DNA of 64,000 nt from Podospora anserina. Taxonomy: Eukaryota. The stretch is taken from the NCBI GenBank assembly GCA_017654855.1, contig CM030338.1:1054001-1118000 (forward strand), in the 5' to 3' direction. The notes under the pieces were generated by a model. It had not been told where the DNA came from. It did no database searches and saw only the letters and a list, made by a program, of their open reading frames with translations. Positions within the stretch are counted from its first letter, which is position 1. Each line of letters starts with the position of its first letter. This document shows positions 1 to 13,024 of this stretch, piece by piece. The position numbers and the translations under genes were made by a program.

Positions 1-792
1 CCCTGACGAAACACACCCAGGTCCCGCACTCGTGGTTTGCAATCTTTTACGTTGTGTCAGTGGCCTGGTCGGTGTTTTGGCTGGGGCAGTTCCTCTCCGG
101 TGGACAGGTCATCAAGTTCATTGCAGAGCAAGAAATGGAATATGGAGGGAACGGGAAAGGGATGGGGTCGGTGCAAGTGCTGGCCGGGTGGGCGATGATG
201 TTCCTCCAGGGGGCGAGGAGGACGTGCGAACACTTGTTTGTGGTGAGGGCTTCGAGCACGTCGACGATGTGGGTTGTTCACTGGGTGCTTGGGTTGGGGT
301 TTTACTTGGGGGTTGGGGTGGGGGTTGGGGTTGGGGGGGCGGGTGAGTTTTTTCTTTTTCATAGTGAAGGAGAAAGATGTGTGTGTGCTGACAATGATGA
401 TAGATGCTATCTTGAATCGGCGAACATTAGAGTTGAGCAGGGAGGAGATGGTTAAGCTTGGTGTTGCGGTCCCGGTGTTCTTCTACGCCTGGGTCAACCA
501 GTACAAATCTCACAAACATTTGGCTGGACTGAAGAAATATTCACTGCCTACTGAGGGACTGTTCAGATGGTTCGTCTGCGCTCATTACACTTGCGAGTGT
601 TTGCTGTACTTGTCTATGGCTGTGGCTACGGCTCCGGAGGGGGTTTGGTTCAACAGGACGCTGGTGTGCGCGTTGGCTTTTGTGGTGGTTAACCTTGGCG
701 TTACAGCTTCTGGAACGAGGAGGTGGTATGAAGAAAAGTTTGGGAAAGGGGCGGTGGAGGGGAGGTGGAATATGATTCCGTTTGTGTTTTAA
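1..792 (+). CDS. DFG10: Polyprenol/polyprenal reductase-like (3-oxo-5-alpha-steroid 4-dehydrogenase family), 5'-truncated by the window edge
   Basis: The frame of ORF 54..455 joins the frame of ORF 274..792 through intron 343..403 (GTGAGT...CTGAC...TAG). The C-terminus has family motifs HKHLAGLKKYSLP, FVCAHYTCECLLY, NLGVTA..T..WYEEKF and RWNMIPFVF. Confidence 0.8.
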
Positions 793-1001
793 GTGGATGG
801 TAGTGGAGGGCAAGCACGGCAGCGTTAAGAAACGATTACCACATCAAAAAAGTTCACCATCATTCATAGCAACACGGACAACACGTGAGGAGCTTTTTCG
901 ACCCAAGAATTCGGCCTTGGTTCCCGTCAATTTTGTTCAGCATCAAAGTGGCCCATCTGCCTCGGCCGAGTCCGGAAATTCAGTACCTGGCCGGTGTTTT
1001 C

Positions 1002-1851
1002 TCAGGGACACTTAAACATCGGTCCCAGCTTATTTCCCAGTTTGGAGACTTTGAGCACATCCCGATACGTCAGGCTGATACGTGTCCGCCGCTGGTTCAG
1101 GCCGTCTTTGTATAGCTCTGGAGAACGCAAGAGGTCCCAGTTCACAATCGTCTTCTCCGACAACTCTACATCGGTTGCGATAGGCTCGATGCCATGGAGA
1201 TACTCTGTGTAGAGATCCGCGGTTGTGATCAAGAGACTCCGGGGCTCTTGGAGGATGCGCCAGACAGGCTCCAGGTCTAAAGCGCCGTCTTCCTTGCTCT
1301 TGTACAGGTTCAAGCAGAGGGCAGAACCGAGACTCACGGTGCAAACGACGGGGTGGTAGGCGCCGCCGTCCTTGTGTGGCATGATGCCGGTGTTTGGGGG
1401 GTATTCGTTGATCAGGACATGGTTTGGTCGTTGGTGAGGGCTGTCATGAAACATGTTCTCGGGTTGGCTGTCGGATAGTGGGATCGAGAGGAGACGTGCG
1501 ACGACGGGTTGTTCGAGCCAGTCGGGGAGTGGCCGGGCATCGAGAAGGGTGTTTTTGACGAGATCGGATGGCCATGTTTGGAGGCGCCTATGAGTGAGTT
1601 GTCGCCATCTCGCTTTCGGAGCTGTATTGACCTTTTTGTATGTTCGCGATTAGAGGCAACGAGGTGGGGGGCCCGAATCAAACTGGGCACATTATTACCT
1701 TGTCCAAGATCGCCTTTTCCTCTTCTTCGGTGATGAAATCTGAGATGTAGTAGCAGGCGGGTGGAAGGGCCTTGATCTTCTTGTCCTCGAGGGTGTGTGG
1801 CAGGTCGAGGGGTCGAGAAGAAGAAGCAGAAGAGGTGTCGTTGTGTTCCAT
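1002..1851 (-). CDS. AlkB-family 2OG-Fe(II) dioxygenase (ALKBH6-like)
   Basis: ATG at 1851. Exon 1 encodes YYISDFITEEEE, followed by an intron about 1698..1632. Exon 2 encodes WRQLTHRRLQ, PNHVLINEY, GIMPHKDG (HxD), YLHGI and RISLTYR. Confidence 0.85.
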
Positions 1852-3372
1852 GGTGGTTAGCCTGTCTGAGAGCCTTGCCCTTTCCCCGCTTGTCCGAGAG
1901 GTCTGTCTTATGCGAGGATGGCCAAACGGGCCAGCCGAAGAGGCGAAGCAGCTCAGCAGCGGTGAGTGGTGGGCTTGAGTGGTTGAGAAAAAAGGAAAAA
2001 GTCTGACAGAAAGATTATGTAGAGCGGCCTCCCAAAGCTAAATTGAGGGGCCCTGCTTTGGGGTGAGTTTTGTTGAAGGGCGACAAATTCTGAACCAGGC
2101 GGGAGGGGTCAACAAAGAGAAAAAGAGGGGAAACAGTGAAGCACGAAGGGACTGCACAGCGTTCGGGAACGGCGTCTGTGAAACATGACGGGGGGCCAGT
2201 TCACAAGTGGTGCCGTCGCTGCACAAAAAGGTCCAGAATGACCTACATGCACAAGGCCGCTCAATGTTGAATCTACGGGCCTTGGCGCTGACCCCAAAGG
2301 TCCAACTAATGCAGGGCAAAAAAGCCCGGGGAGGCGGCGAGCTTTTTCGAGGCCCTTTTGATTCTTGTAGGTACACGGTATCTGCACTGAAAAGGAGGGG
2401 AGTCATCAGGCAACAGACGGTGATACGGCCGCTACCTGGAAGAGGCAACGGATCAACGTTTAAACACTCAAATGGATAGCCCAGGCTTGACAGGATAGCG
2501 GTGTACCTTGATATTTCTTGTTATTTTCAGAAACAGTCGTGACAAAACAACCCACATAAAAAAATGGGGGAGATTGCGGCCTTCTCGACAATTGAGCTCA
2601 GTCCAGGCTGCCCTGTTGAAGGCTTGGAACACACCCAACTGGCACCCACGGCACCCTGGTCGAACGCGTCGGAAAAAGCATTGTCTCCAGGGATTAAGCA
2701 GACGACGGTGGTAGGACACAACAGGGCCAATCAGCACGGTGGCGATCAGACTTTGATCTGGGAATCTCCAACTTCCCGCCTATTCCAGGTGCTGGGCCTT
2801 GCTGAGTGCTGAGTGGTTCGCTCTTGGCTGAGGTGCCAGTGGGTGCTTTACTAGGTACGCTCCATTCTGCTGCTGGCCTGGTGCTGCTGCCATCCTGCCA
2901 TCCTGCCATCCATCCATCCATCCATCGTTTCCCGTTCCTTGGTGAGGACCGTCTCCTTTCACCAAACACACGCTCACGCTCACGTTCACGCTCGCGCTTT
3001 CACCCATCGCCAACCCGCGCGCAACTTCCCACCGGCGCGCCCATCTCCATCCCATAAAGCCCCCTAGCCTAATCTTGGAACCTTATCCAATCCCGCGAGC
3101 CGTGGTGGTCGTTTGATTCGTTTCTATCTCGTGTGTCACTTTTTGACCCGCCTCTACACTCACCTCCAGCTGCCACTGGCTCAGTGTTCAGTCACCTTGC
3201 TCTGCGCTGCAGTCTGCATTTTCTTTGCGAAGAACATTACTCTATTCTGTCGCATCATTGTCGACATCCTGATTCAATCACCACGCGCTCCTGCTGCCCT
3301 CTCGATCGAATTCCCGGGCCACCCAGCGACCAGGATGGTGCACAGCGGCTCTTGTTTTTCGAATTAAATGAC

Positions 3373-6022
3373 ATGGATGCGCAGAATGCTGTCGAGCCCG
3401 CCTCCACGAAGCCTGCTGCTTCTCCCAAGCGCCTGGCAACAGGAACCGACGCCGACCAACCCAGGTCCTCCGCCGTGACCAAGTTGTCCCAGATCGCCAA
3501 ACCCGAGCTGTCCGTCAAGGACAACAGGGACCACCACAGCAGCAGCAGTAGGCCGAGTGCGACCGGCTCGCAATCACATTCCCAACACCAACATACCTCA
3601 CATACTTATTCCCACTCTCACTTGCATGATGACGATGCCGGCGATGGGAACTCTGATGCCGAAACCATTGTCCTGCCCGGCAAAGATGGCCAACACTCAC
3701 CGTCCAAGGTACGCAAGATCATCAAACACGAGGACAAGAGCGATGGGGAAGAGGCTCCACTCCCAGCCGCACCCTCGCTCAATCGCAAGCCCTCCACCCT
3801 GAAACATGACCGAGAAGGTGAGAGCAACAGCAACAGCAACAGAGCAGACCGGGCAGACAGAAAAGACCGGGGCGACAAGGCCGACCGTGCCGAAAAGCCA
3901 AGCAGGTCCGCATCCGCTGTCCGCAATGGTCCCAGCGGACCCAGCGATAGCGCCGCCGCGCTGGTCGGCAGGAAGAAGAAGCATCCCGGTGATAGGGCCA
4001 AATTGAAAGACGGGTCCAGCGGTTTGAGCTCCGCGCCTGCGTCTCCACCTCAGCAGCGTCGTCGTCGGTCTTCGAATGCGCACTCCAAGTCGGATTCAGA
4101 AACTGCACCTGTGGATTCTCCCAAAATTTCATCAAGAGAAAAGCTGCCAAAATCTGCTGCCGATAAGCTGGTGCCTCACAAGAGAAAGGCCCCCAAGCCC
4201 GAGTCTGACGACGAAAGAGAAAGCCGCAAGGTTCGTCGACAACGAATTTCAGGCTCTGGCCTTGACGCGTCTCGCAAACCACACCTTCCCTCGGCCAAAA
4301 CAAGCCATCACGAGGTCCACACCTCGACTCGCACTCGATCTCCATCACCGCACTCCCGAGCTTCTCACCGCCGTAGCATCTCAACCCATCTTCCCGCCTC
4401 ATCGTCCAACGGCCTCGGCCAAAAGAAAAAGCGGGTTCCCGCGCCGCTCCAGTCGACCGACTATCACTCCGACGAGTCGTCTGTGAGCGGCAGCCCGCAC
4501 CCTCGCAGCTCCAAGCTGCGCAGTCTAACCACCCCGGCGACGGCTGAATCAACCATCTCTCCCGCCAAGATGGCACCCCACAAAAAGCACCTCGACGCCC
4601 ACGGTCAAACCCACCTGGCCAGGGCCTGTGCCAAGGGTGAGTATGAGAATGCAAAGGCCCGTCTCGCTGCCCGACCCGAAGATATCAATGTTGCCGATTA
4701 TGCTGGGAACACGCCACTTCAAATTGCAGCACTGAATGGGTACGACGACATTGTGAAACTTTTGGTAGATGCCGGCTGCAATCTGGAATGTTTCAACAAC
4801 GAAAAGGACACCCCACTTCTCGATGCGGTCGAAAACGGACATCTCGAAGTCGTCAACATTCTGCTTGCGGCAGGCGTCAATCCCCGAAAGGCTAACGCTT
4901 ATGGAGAGGAGCCTATCGCCAGGATCAACGAAGATTCAGAACATGCCGATGAGATCAGAAAGGCTTTGCAGGAAGCAAAGAAGAATATGGGCGATCGTCG
5001 ACTCACCTCGGAGGATCATCATTTGGACCATCCCGATACCTTGTCGTCGCATGGGAATGAAAGTCCCCGACGATCGCCTGGTGCCTCCAGCTCCATCCAC
5101 GCCATCGGAGGGCGAAGGGCAGGTACCGTCAGGGCGAACAAGACCAGCAATCACTTACTTTACATGCCGATGGACGACAAGACTCTCCGATTGGCAGCCG
5201 CCCGTGGTGACGAGGAAACGGTTACGCGCATCCTCCAGGTTCGGGAGGCTTTCGACGATCCAGAGTCCATGGTTGCGGCGGCACGCGGCGGTCATGAAAT
5301 GGTTATGCAGCTGTTGCTGGCTCTCGGCAAAGCGAATCCCGACCCTCCACCCATTCCATCTGCGGAAAATAGCGAGTATGCCACACCAATGCTGGCGGCG
5401 ATTGGGCAAGAGAACCTTAATGTGATTCGACTCCTGCTCGCCCAAAATGACTTTGATCCCACGAAACGGTACAAAGGGGAGACATACTATGAGATTGCTC
5501 GGCGAAGGAAGGGTCCGAACTGGGGAGATGAGGAACACATTCTGAAGAACGCCTATGATGAGTACAAAAAGTCGCACAAGGATGGCTCCAAGACTCGATC
5601 CCCGAACAGACGAGAGCAGGAGAGGGAGGCTCGGCGAAATAGGGCTGAAGTCAAAGACGAAACGGCTGCGCGGTCGTCCCACAAGCGAAAAGCCTCCAGC
5701 CCTACACGGGAGCCCAAGAAATCCACCACGTCCAAGCTTGCTGCCAGCCCACGAGAAAAACCTCGATCAGGTTCTTTTCCCGCCCACCCCGACGACCAAA
5801 CTTCGCCTAAACGTGGTCCCGGCAGACCCAAGAAGGATGACCGGATACCCACCATCGCCATATCAGATCGCGAAGCCTCCCCTGCAGGAAGAGCTCCGAA
5901 AGTCAAGCGTGTGGAGTCTGATATGGCCGTTTCTGCGTCAGAGGGTGAAGCTGTTAAGCCAAGACGGAAGTTGATGACCGCTAAGGAGTACCACAAGGAC
6001 AAGCAGCAGCAGCAGCAGCAGC

Positions 6023-6081
<59 letters not shown>

Positions 6082-8376
6082 CGTCGGCAGAGCATAACTT
6101 CTAATGCGTCGTCGATGAATATTCCGTCTAGTCCTAGGGATGAGCCTGAGAAGTTGGCGAAAACGGAGAAATACCATGATCGGACAAAGGCTCTTAAGAG
6201 GGACGAGTCTCGTGATCGGCTCTCTGTCTCAGGTGAGAGTCCTGGTAAGCGGTACAGATCAAGTGCCACCCCGCCGCATCCTAGCATTATGGAGAAGGAC
6301 GTCGGTGAAGCGCCTGCTAAGAGAAGGCGCTTGGATGTTCCAGAAGGCAAGGAGAAACGGCCCAAGCCAAGCCCCTCTGACGATAGGCTTTTGAAGGCGC
6401 CTGCGCCACGCGAAACGGTATCTGCATCAGGATCTGTGACGGGCTCTCGTATGAGCTCCAAGACCCGGGATGACGACGACAGAAAACCCACCCCCAAACC
6501 CAAAAAGGTGGAGGAACACGCTAGGAGAGAATCTGGGAAATCCAACTCTTCCGATAACAGTATACATGTCAAGTCCGAAGATCCAGACGTGGAGATGCCG
6601 GATGCTGATGCGCCCGCAAAGGAACCTTCTCAACAGCGGAGGAGGGAGGAGGAGGAGAAGAAGAAGAAACTAGGCGAAGCTGAAATTGCAGCCCGTGAAG
6701 CCAGAAGGAAGGAGGAAGATAAGAGACGGAAAGAGGAAGAAGAAAAGGAGAAGGAGAAGGAAAGAGAACGGGAAAAGGAACGATCTCGCCTTGCAGAGGA
6801 GGCCAAGCGTCGTGCCGAGACAGAAGCCCAACAACGAGCCCAGGAAGAGCAACGACGAAAAGAAGCCGAAGAAAAGCAACGAAGAGAAGACGAGGAACGC
6901 AGAAAACGCGAGGAAGAGGAACGTAAGCAACGAGAACAGGAGGAGCGACGTCGGCATGAAGAAGAAGAGCGCAAGCGACGAGAAGAAGAGAAGAAGGCCG
7001 AAGAGGAGAGAAGGCGCAAAGAGGAAGAGGAGCGGAGGAAGCGGGAGGAGGACGAGCGGTTGCGGAGGGAGCAGGTTGAGCGTGAAGCTGCTGAAGAAGC
7101 CCGACGGCAGCGTGAGGAAGAGGAGCGCAAGGAGCATGAACGCAAGGAGCGCGTGCTTCGTGAAGAGGAGCGTAGGCGTGCCGAGCGTGCAGCCAGAGAG
7201 GCCGAACAGCGGCGGTTGCGTGCTGAGCAAGAACGTGCTCGTCTGGCCAAACTCCCTCCACTTTTGCGCTGGCTCGAAAGCGCCGTCAACCCCAAGTTGC
7301 CAGAGGTTGCCGAGAAATTCAGCACCATGCAGGGTGTTCGCTACGATTGCATCCGCCCCGAGGCCAACGGCACTTTGGACGGCAGAGAGCAATGGCTTCT
7401 CAACACCCAAGTGGCCCTTCTTCTGGGAGAGAAGGATTTGGAGCTCTCGCGATGTAAGTGCTTGGCTCGACATGTGACATGACGACTGCAGATTTGCTAA
7501 CGAGTGCACACAGATACTGCATGGACACGGATCCCTGTCTCGCAAACCGCGAAGCGCATCATCTGGCGCCTGGAGTCGGACCGTTATGCGCTGACTACAC
7601 CCAGTCTCTATGAGCTCGGCAGGCAGCTCCCCGATTACTACGAAGGGTACGACCCTGAGCAGATGGGCTACCTCACTCTAGAGCGGCTCCGGAATGAGGC
7701 TTGGGAGAAGTTTTCGGCCATGGATATGTTCTTCGTCAAGGTAAGCTCGTCACGGTGTCAATCTTGTGCAAAAAATACTAACGTGGACCAGGCATCTGAT
7801 TTCATGTTCATCATCCCGACCATCTACCATCTTCGCAATGTGAAACTCTCGATGGCATATCTGGAACTACCAGACCCGGACGCTGAGCCCGTCAATTGGG
7901 TGGTTCATCAAAAGTGGAGAAGTGACCCTCAAGCACACATATTGGGAGGGTTTGCGCCCACAAGCAAGCATTACATGAATGGCGAGCTCCTCCACGAGGA
8001 CAAACCGATCTTGAGGGAGGCAAGCACTTCTCCAGTTCCTTTCCGTTGCCGGCGGATTCCTCGGCACGGCCTTACGGCCATAGCCCGGGATGACCCAGCA
8101 TATAACCAGTTCTTCAAGGACAACGGCGGAGACGGGTCTGTGGAGAATGCAGAGTCGCCCCTCCTTCCCAACGGCGTACACTCGTCACCCACGAGCACGT
8201 CGTCCCGCTTGATGGCTCAATCAATCGATGGTGCCATGTCACCAACAATGGCCATGGCGACAGCCCCCAATGGTGCTGCCAACCAGCCAATTTCGCCATC
8301 CTCAGAATCGGGGCCAGCACAGGCCCGCCCACTGGTCAACGGCATCCACGGGCTGGTCAATGGTGACACAGTATAG
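3373..8376 (+). CDS. Large ankyrin-repeat protein with a charged coiled coil, resembling the fungal Hos4 subunit of the Set3 deacetylase complex
   Basis: Ankyrin motifs GQTHLARAC, GNTPLQIAALNG and DTPLLDAVENGH, a polyQ tract and an E/R/K-rich coil. Introns at 7454..7513 and 7741..7791. The Hos4 assignment rests on recalled architecture only. Confidence 0.7.
6004..6081 (+). repeat. (CAG)6(CAA)20 coding microsatellite giving Q26
   Basis: Read directly from the sequence. Confidence 0.95.
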
Positions 8377-9149
8377 ATGGTCACCGTATCCAACACAGCA
8401 GGATATCAGTACACTTGATTGCTTCTTTTTGGGAGAGGAGGATGATTTGCTCAGAGTTGATGCGTGTTGAATTGGATGGCTTGCCTTGGATCTCATATCT
8501 TTTCACCCACCTTACCAACTAAACAACGAAGTTTCGGGAGATACCCTTGATTTGGCAGCAAGCTTTGCCTCATGTCGGGAGTACAATGTTCATCATCATG
8601 TTCATGGAATGGTTGTTATGTGGAGGCGGCGGCCATCAAGATATGCGTATATGGAGTCGTCGGTTTGGGTTTTTGGGCGGTGATTTTACATGGGAAAGAG
8701 AGGCAGTTGTGGTTTATAGGGCACGTTTGCCAGGGCGATGCAATTCGGTGCTATGTTATATTATGAGGGAGGACATTGGGGTTGTGCTGTACATATATGA
8801 AATCTTATAACTATGAAACAAAACAAATATGGGAAAGGAATAATGAGGATGGGAGTGAAGTTGTTGAGTTCTGTTGAGCAAGTGGCACACAGTAACATCA
8901 GATGGCCCCGCAAGCTTGAAGCACAGGCCTGGAGGCGGCGATTGAGACGGTGCCAAGGGCGGCAGGCAGGCCCTCTTGTTGAATTTTGCCCCACCATCAA
9001 AATTCCCCACGACATCGACCTTGGGAATACCTTCTGGTGAAGGACCGCAGAGTAACGAGCGAGGCTACAAACGCCCGTCATCAGAGAACGAATCCGGACA
9101 TCGACACAGAGAGACCGTCCTTCCGCGCCAGGAAGACAACACCGCAATC

Positions 9150-10466
9150 ATGTCGACCACAGTGGAAAAGGTGCGCCAACCTCCCCCTCCAGAGCACAGG
9201 ATACATGGCAAGCTAACCAAGATGCGCGCAAACAGATCAAGGAGGTCGAGCTCGAAGTATGTCTATCCCATCTAACATCTCCATAGATTACGACCCACGA
9301 ACACGACGACTTACATGAATGATTTTCTCCCCTGTCTAGATGGCTCGCACCCAAAAGAACAAGGCCACCTCGTACCATCTCGGTCAGCTCAAAGCCAAGC
9401 TCGCCAAACTCAAACGCGAGCTCCTCACCCCCTCGGGCGGCGGCGGCGGTGGCGGCGCCGGCTTCGACGTCGCCCGCACCGGTGTCGCCTCCATCGGCTT
9501 CATCGGCTTCCCCTCGGTCGGCAAATCAACCCTCATGTCCCATCTCACCGGCCAGCACTCGGAAGCGGCCGCCTACGAGTTCACGACCTTGACCTCGGTC
9601 CCGGGTCAGGTGGTGTACAATGGTGCGCCGCTGCAGATGATTGATTTGCCTGGTATCATCGAGGGTGCCAAGGACGGTCGTGGTAGAGGTCGCCAGGTTA
9701 TTGCTGTGGCGAAGACGTGCAACTTGATCTTTATTGTGCTGGATGTGAACAAGCCGTTGACGGACAAGAGGGTGATTGAGGCGGAGTTGGAAGGGTTTGG
9801 GATCAGGATCAACAAGGAGCCGCCGAATATCACGTTCAAGAAGAAGGATAAGGGTGGACTGAATATCACGAGCACGGTGCCGTTGACGCATATTGATAAC
9901 GATGAGATCAGGGCTGTGATGAGCGAGTACAAGATCAGCTCGGCTGATATTGCTATCCGCTGCGATGCCACCATCGACGACTTGATCGATATTCTCGAGG
10001 CCAAGAGCAGAAGTTACATTCCTGTCATTTACGTGCTCAACAAGATCGACAGCATCAGCATTGAGGAGTTGGACCTGCTGTACCGGATTCCCAACTCTGT
10101 GCCCATCAGCTCGGAGCACGGGTGGAATATTGATGAGCTGATGGAGGCTGCGTATGTTTTTTCCTTGTCGAACTCAACTCTTGTGTAACTGGGTGGCTAA
10201 CCTAACTCCACAACAGCTGGGAAAAACTCAAGCTCGTCCGCGTCTACACCAAGCCCAAGGGCCGCATGCCCGACTACGACGCGCCGGTTGTGCTCCGGTC
10301 CAACAAGTGCACCGTGGAGGATTTCTGCAACACGATCCACAAGAGCATCTTGGAGCAGTTCAAGGTGGCGATTGTGTACGGCAAGTCGGTGAAGCACCAG
10401 CCGCAAAGGGTGGGGTTGTCGCACGAGTTGGCGGATGAGGATATTGTTACTATTATCAAGCGGTAA
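9150..10466 (+). CDS. RBG1: DRG/OBG-family ribosome-interacting GTPase (DRG1 orthologue)
   Basis: Exons 9150..9170, 9236..9256, 9340..10151 and 10217..10466 give [29 protein letters not shown]. Motifs G1 [17 protein letters not shown] and NKID, plus a C-terminal TGS domain. Confidence 0.95.
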
Positions 10467-10665
10467 AGTAGCCCTTCGCAAGCGCTATCAGCTTCGAGCC
10501 GGCTTTGTTTTTTGGCAGAACGAACGGGCTCATGGGACGCCGCGGGAGTTGGGGTATGATGGGGGGTTATAGAACTCGGCAGGGAGGGCTGAAGAAGCGA
10601 CAATGCCACAAGGGAGAGATGACAGCTGCTATGTTCAGTTTGCGTCTGCGGCTGGCTTGTATCCC

Positions 10666-10670
<5 letters not shown>

Positions 10671-10726
<56 letters not shown>
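10671..10726 (+). repeat. (GA)28 microsatellite in the RBG1 3' region
   Basis: Read directly from the sequence. Confidence 0.95.
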
Positions 10727-10729
<3 letters not shown>

Positions 10730-11171
10730 GGCAAACAAACCCAACCCAGGCACGTGGAGGGGGGAGGAATGGTTGCGAATGAGGTAAGGGAGGGGGGACA
10801 TGGGACTTTTTAGCGGCGTTTTGGGGGTACAGAAGGTACTTAGCTGTACCGGCAAAAGATATGGAATTGGGAAAAACGAGAATGACCTTTTGGAGCTAGA
10901 AGTGGGGATATGAGCTGGAGGATGTTATATATCATGTACTTTTTGTGTGTATATGAAACGTTGATGATACCTACCTACCTTGCTTCAGAAGCATATCAAC
11001 TTGACGGCTGAAATCAGTCATCACCAAGAAGCACATGAACAACAAAAATTGACAGCCGAAGACCTTGTTTCGGTCGGTGTCTTACACTCAAGGGCTGTTC
11101 AACGGTTTGAACCTCCTTGTCCATTTTATCGATTTAGTTCAAACTCGGGCGCCCACCAGAATCTTTGTGTG

Positions 11172-11550
11172 TTATCCCCCGGGGGTTTTGTATACCTTTT
11201 TAGCCACATACCTATCTGAAAGAAGTCAGAACGAGAATTGTTTGGAATTCATTCATTCATTCACCCCGGTACGGGTTCGGGACCCTCTAAATCTCGCATT
11301 TATGCACCGTACATATTCGAGAGAAAATCTCAGTTTAATAGCTAAGCTCCGTAAAAAGCTAGGTAAGTGAGATATACAAGTATATCGAGTCAAAACTACC
11401 TACCGAACACGCAAGGATCCTCTTCCGACTTCGGTTCAAACTGGTAGGGAGTTTTGGTCAAGTGGGTGGGTGGGTAGTGGTGAGAGGGCTGGAAGACATG
11501 GGGGTTTAAATGGGGCGTGATGGAGTATGTACCTTGGTGTTGGGTAACAT
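11172..11550 (-). CDS. Candidate spliced micropeptide gene (MLPNTK|FEPKSEEDPCVF|D...); 3' end uncertain
   Basis: ATG at 11550. Exon 11550..11533, intron GTACAT..TTGAC..CAG, exon 11440..11404, intron GTAGGT..CTGAC..TTTCAG ending at 11216, then ATAG followed by GTATGT. No homology recognised. Confidence 0.4.
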
Positions 11551-12997
11551 CTCGGCCGAGAGAGGGGGTCGTGGGGAAGGGGCGGTGGTTATTTGTCTTG
11601 ATATTTTGTACATGAATTTCTCTCCCTTGCTCTACTGAGATTGCTACGGCGAGTTACCTATGGTTGAGCTACATGTGTGGTGTTAAAGAGTCACGGGCGG
11701 TTGGGGGTTCCAAGGGGCGGTGGGTAATAAGAAGAGTAGTGCGAGTCCTGGTTTAAAGTTGATATCTTGTATGGGACTTAAAACTAGACATGTCTCTCTA
11801 TCGCTTCTATTTTCAAAATTGGAATAACTTCGTTTTTGGGTCGTGAAGTTGTTTCTCAGTTTGGGCTGCTATGCGCGTCTTGGCCAGTGAGGGCTCCGAA
11901 AGTCGTGATGATAAACTCTGAGAAGGTACAAGCATGTATATCTCGGGCATTATAAGATTGTGTGTTCTTTGTGAGAGAGTTGGTAAGCTTGAAATCAGCG
12001 GGGGCATGAAGTGTTGGAGTTTTGTTCTTTTTTTTGTAGCTTGCTACCCCGTTATTTGAGCCTCGAAGAATACCATGGCACCGGGGAGATATAACAAGAA
12101 GCTTTTTTCTCGTGGGATGAGATATCACATCCCTTCTCATAGTAGGATGGGGCATTTGTTTGCTTCGACGTCTGACTCTAGTGTCGCTGATGTGAGGGAG
12201 GATAAACGGGACAAGGGGACGCGGGAATGAACTGGAGCTTGCCTGTGTACCTAAATTTGACTCATGCCTGTTCTATCCGGAACATTGCGGTGGGCGTTAT
12301 GCTCTTTTCCATCTGCTCTCTTTCTTGAATGTGTGGCTGGTAGGGTCTGCATCACTGTCGATGGCGTCGAGTTACAACTTGGTTGTGCAACTTCTTTAGG
12401 CATTTGAGATGATAAGTGTTTCTGGAGCAGTTGCCTTTTTAATCTGAGATGAGGATGAACGAAAGGAGGAGCAACACGGAGAATGACTACTGATTATAAC
12501 GAAGCCCAAGAACGATATTTTGCTCTGGTTTGGGATGATATTTGTTATCGTATCATGCCGTGAAGATAGATGCTGTCAATACCTGTTCAAGTACCTACTG
12601 TAGTCCGGTTTGGTCTGGTTTGAGTTGGTTTTAGATACAAGCTTTTTGTAGGCACCTGGTCTTCGGCATTTTCGACATGTATGACCTTTTAACCTTCCCT
12701 TGGCTTGTCTCCCATGGTTGCGAGCGACAGTGGCCGGTCGAGTCAGTTTCCAGCTCAACACAAGCCTCCCTAACATTCACGAAGCTCCCAAACCCGCCTT
12801 CACATACTTGAGCCTCACCCACCTTATATTCCATCACTCCTACCACCGCACACTATCACTTTGTGTCAGCGCATACCTTACTTACCTGTATATGCACTGG
12901 CACGTTGCGTCCGTCCGTCCGTCTACCCGTCCACTTGTCCAACCCCATCCGGGCCTAACCAACACAATCGGAATTCAGTTCCGTTGTTTCGTGTTTG

Positions 12998-13024
12998 CTC
13001 TCTCTCTCTCTCTCTCTCTCTCTC
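12998..13024 (+). repeat. (CT)n microsatellite
   Basis: Read directly from the sequence. Confidence 0.9.

Noticed and set aside
3133-3372. 80-codon N-terminal extension of the ankyrin protein from a GTG start
   Set aside because: Composition looks like 5'UTR and there is no support for non-AUG initiation; ATG 3373 has good context.
5553-7545. Long antisense ORFs (poly-C, poly-L, S/R-rich)
   Set aside because: Shadows of the low-complexity coding strand.
11186-11382. MITE-like element with degenerate terminal inverted repeats
   Set aside because: The match is short and gapped, with no target-site duplication; much of the similarity comes from splice-donor-like sequence.
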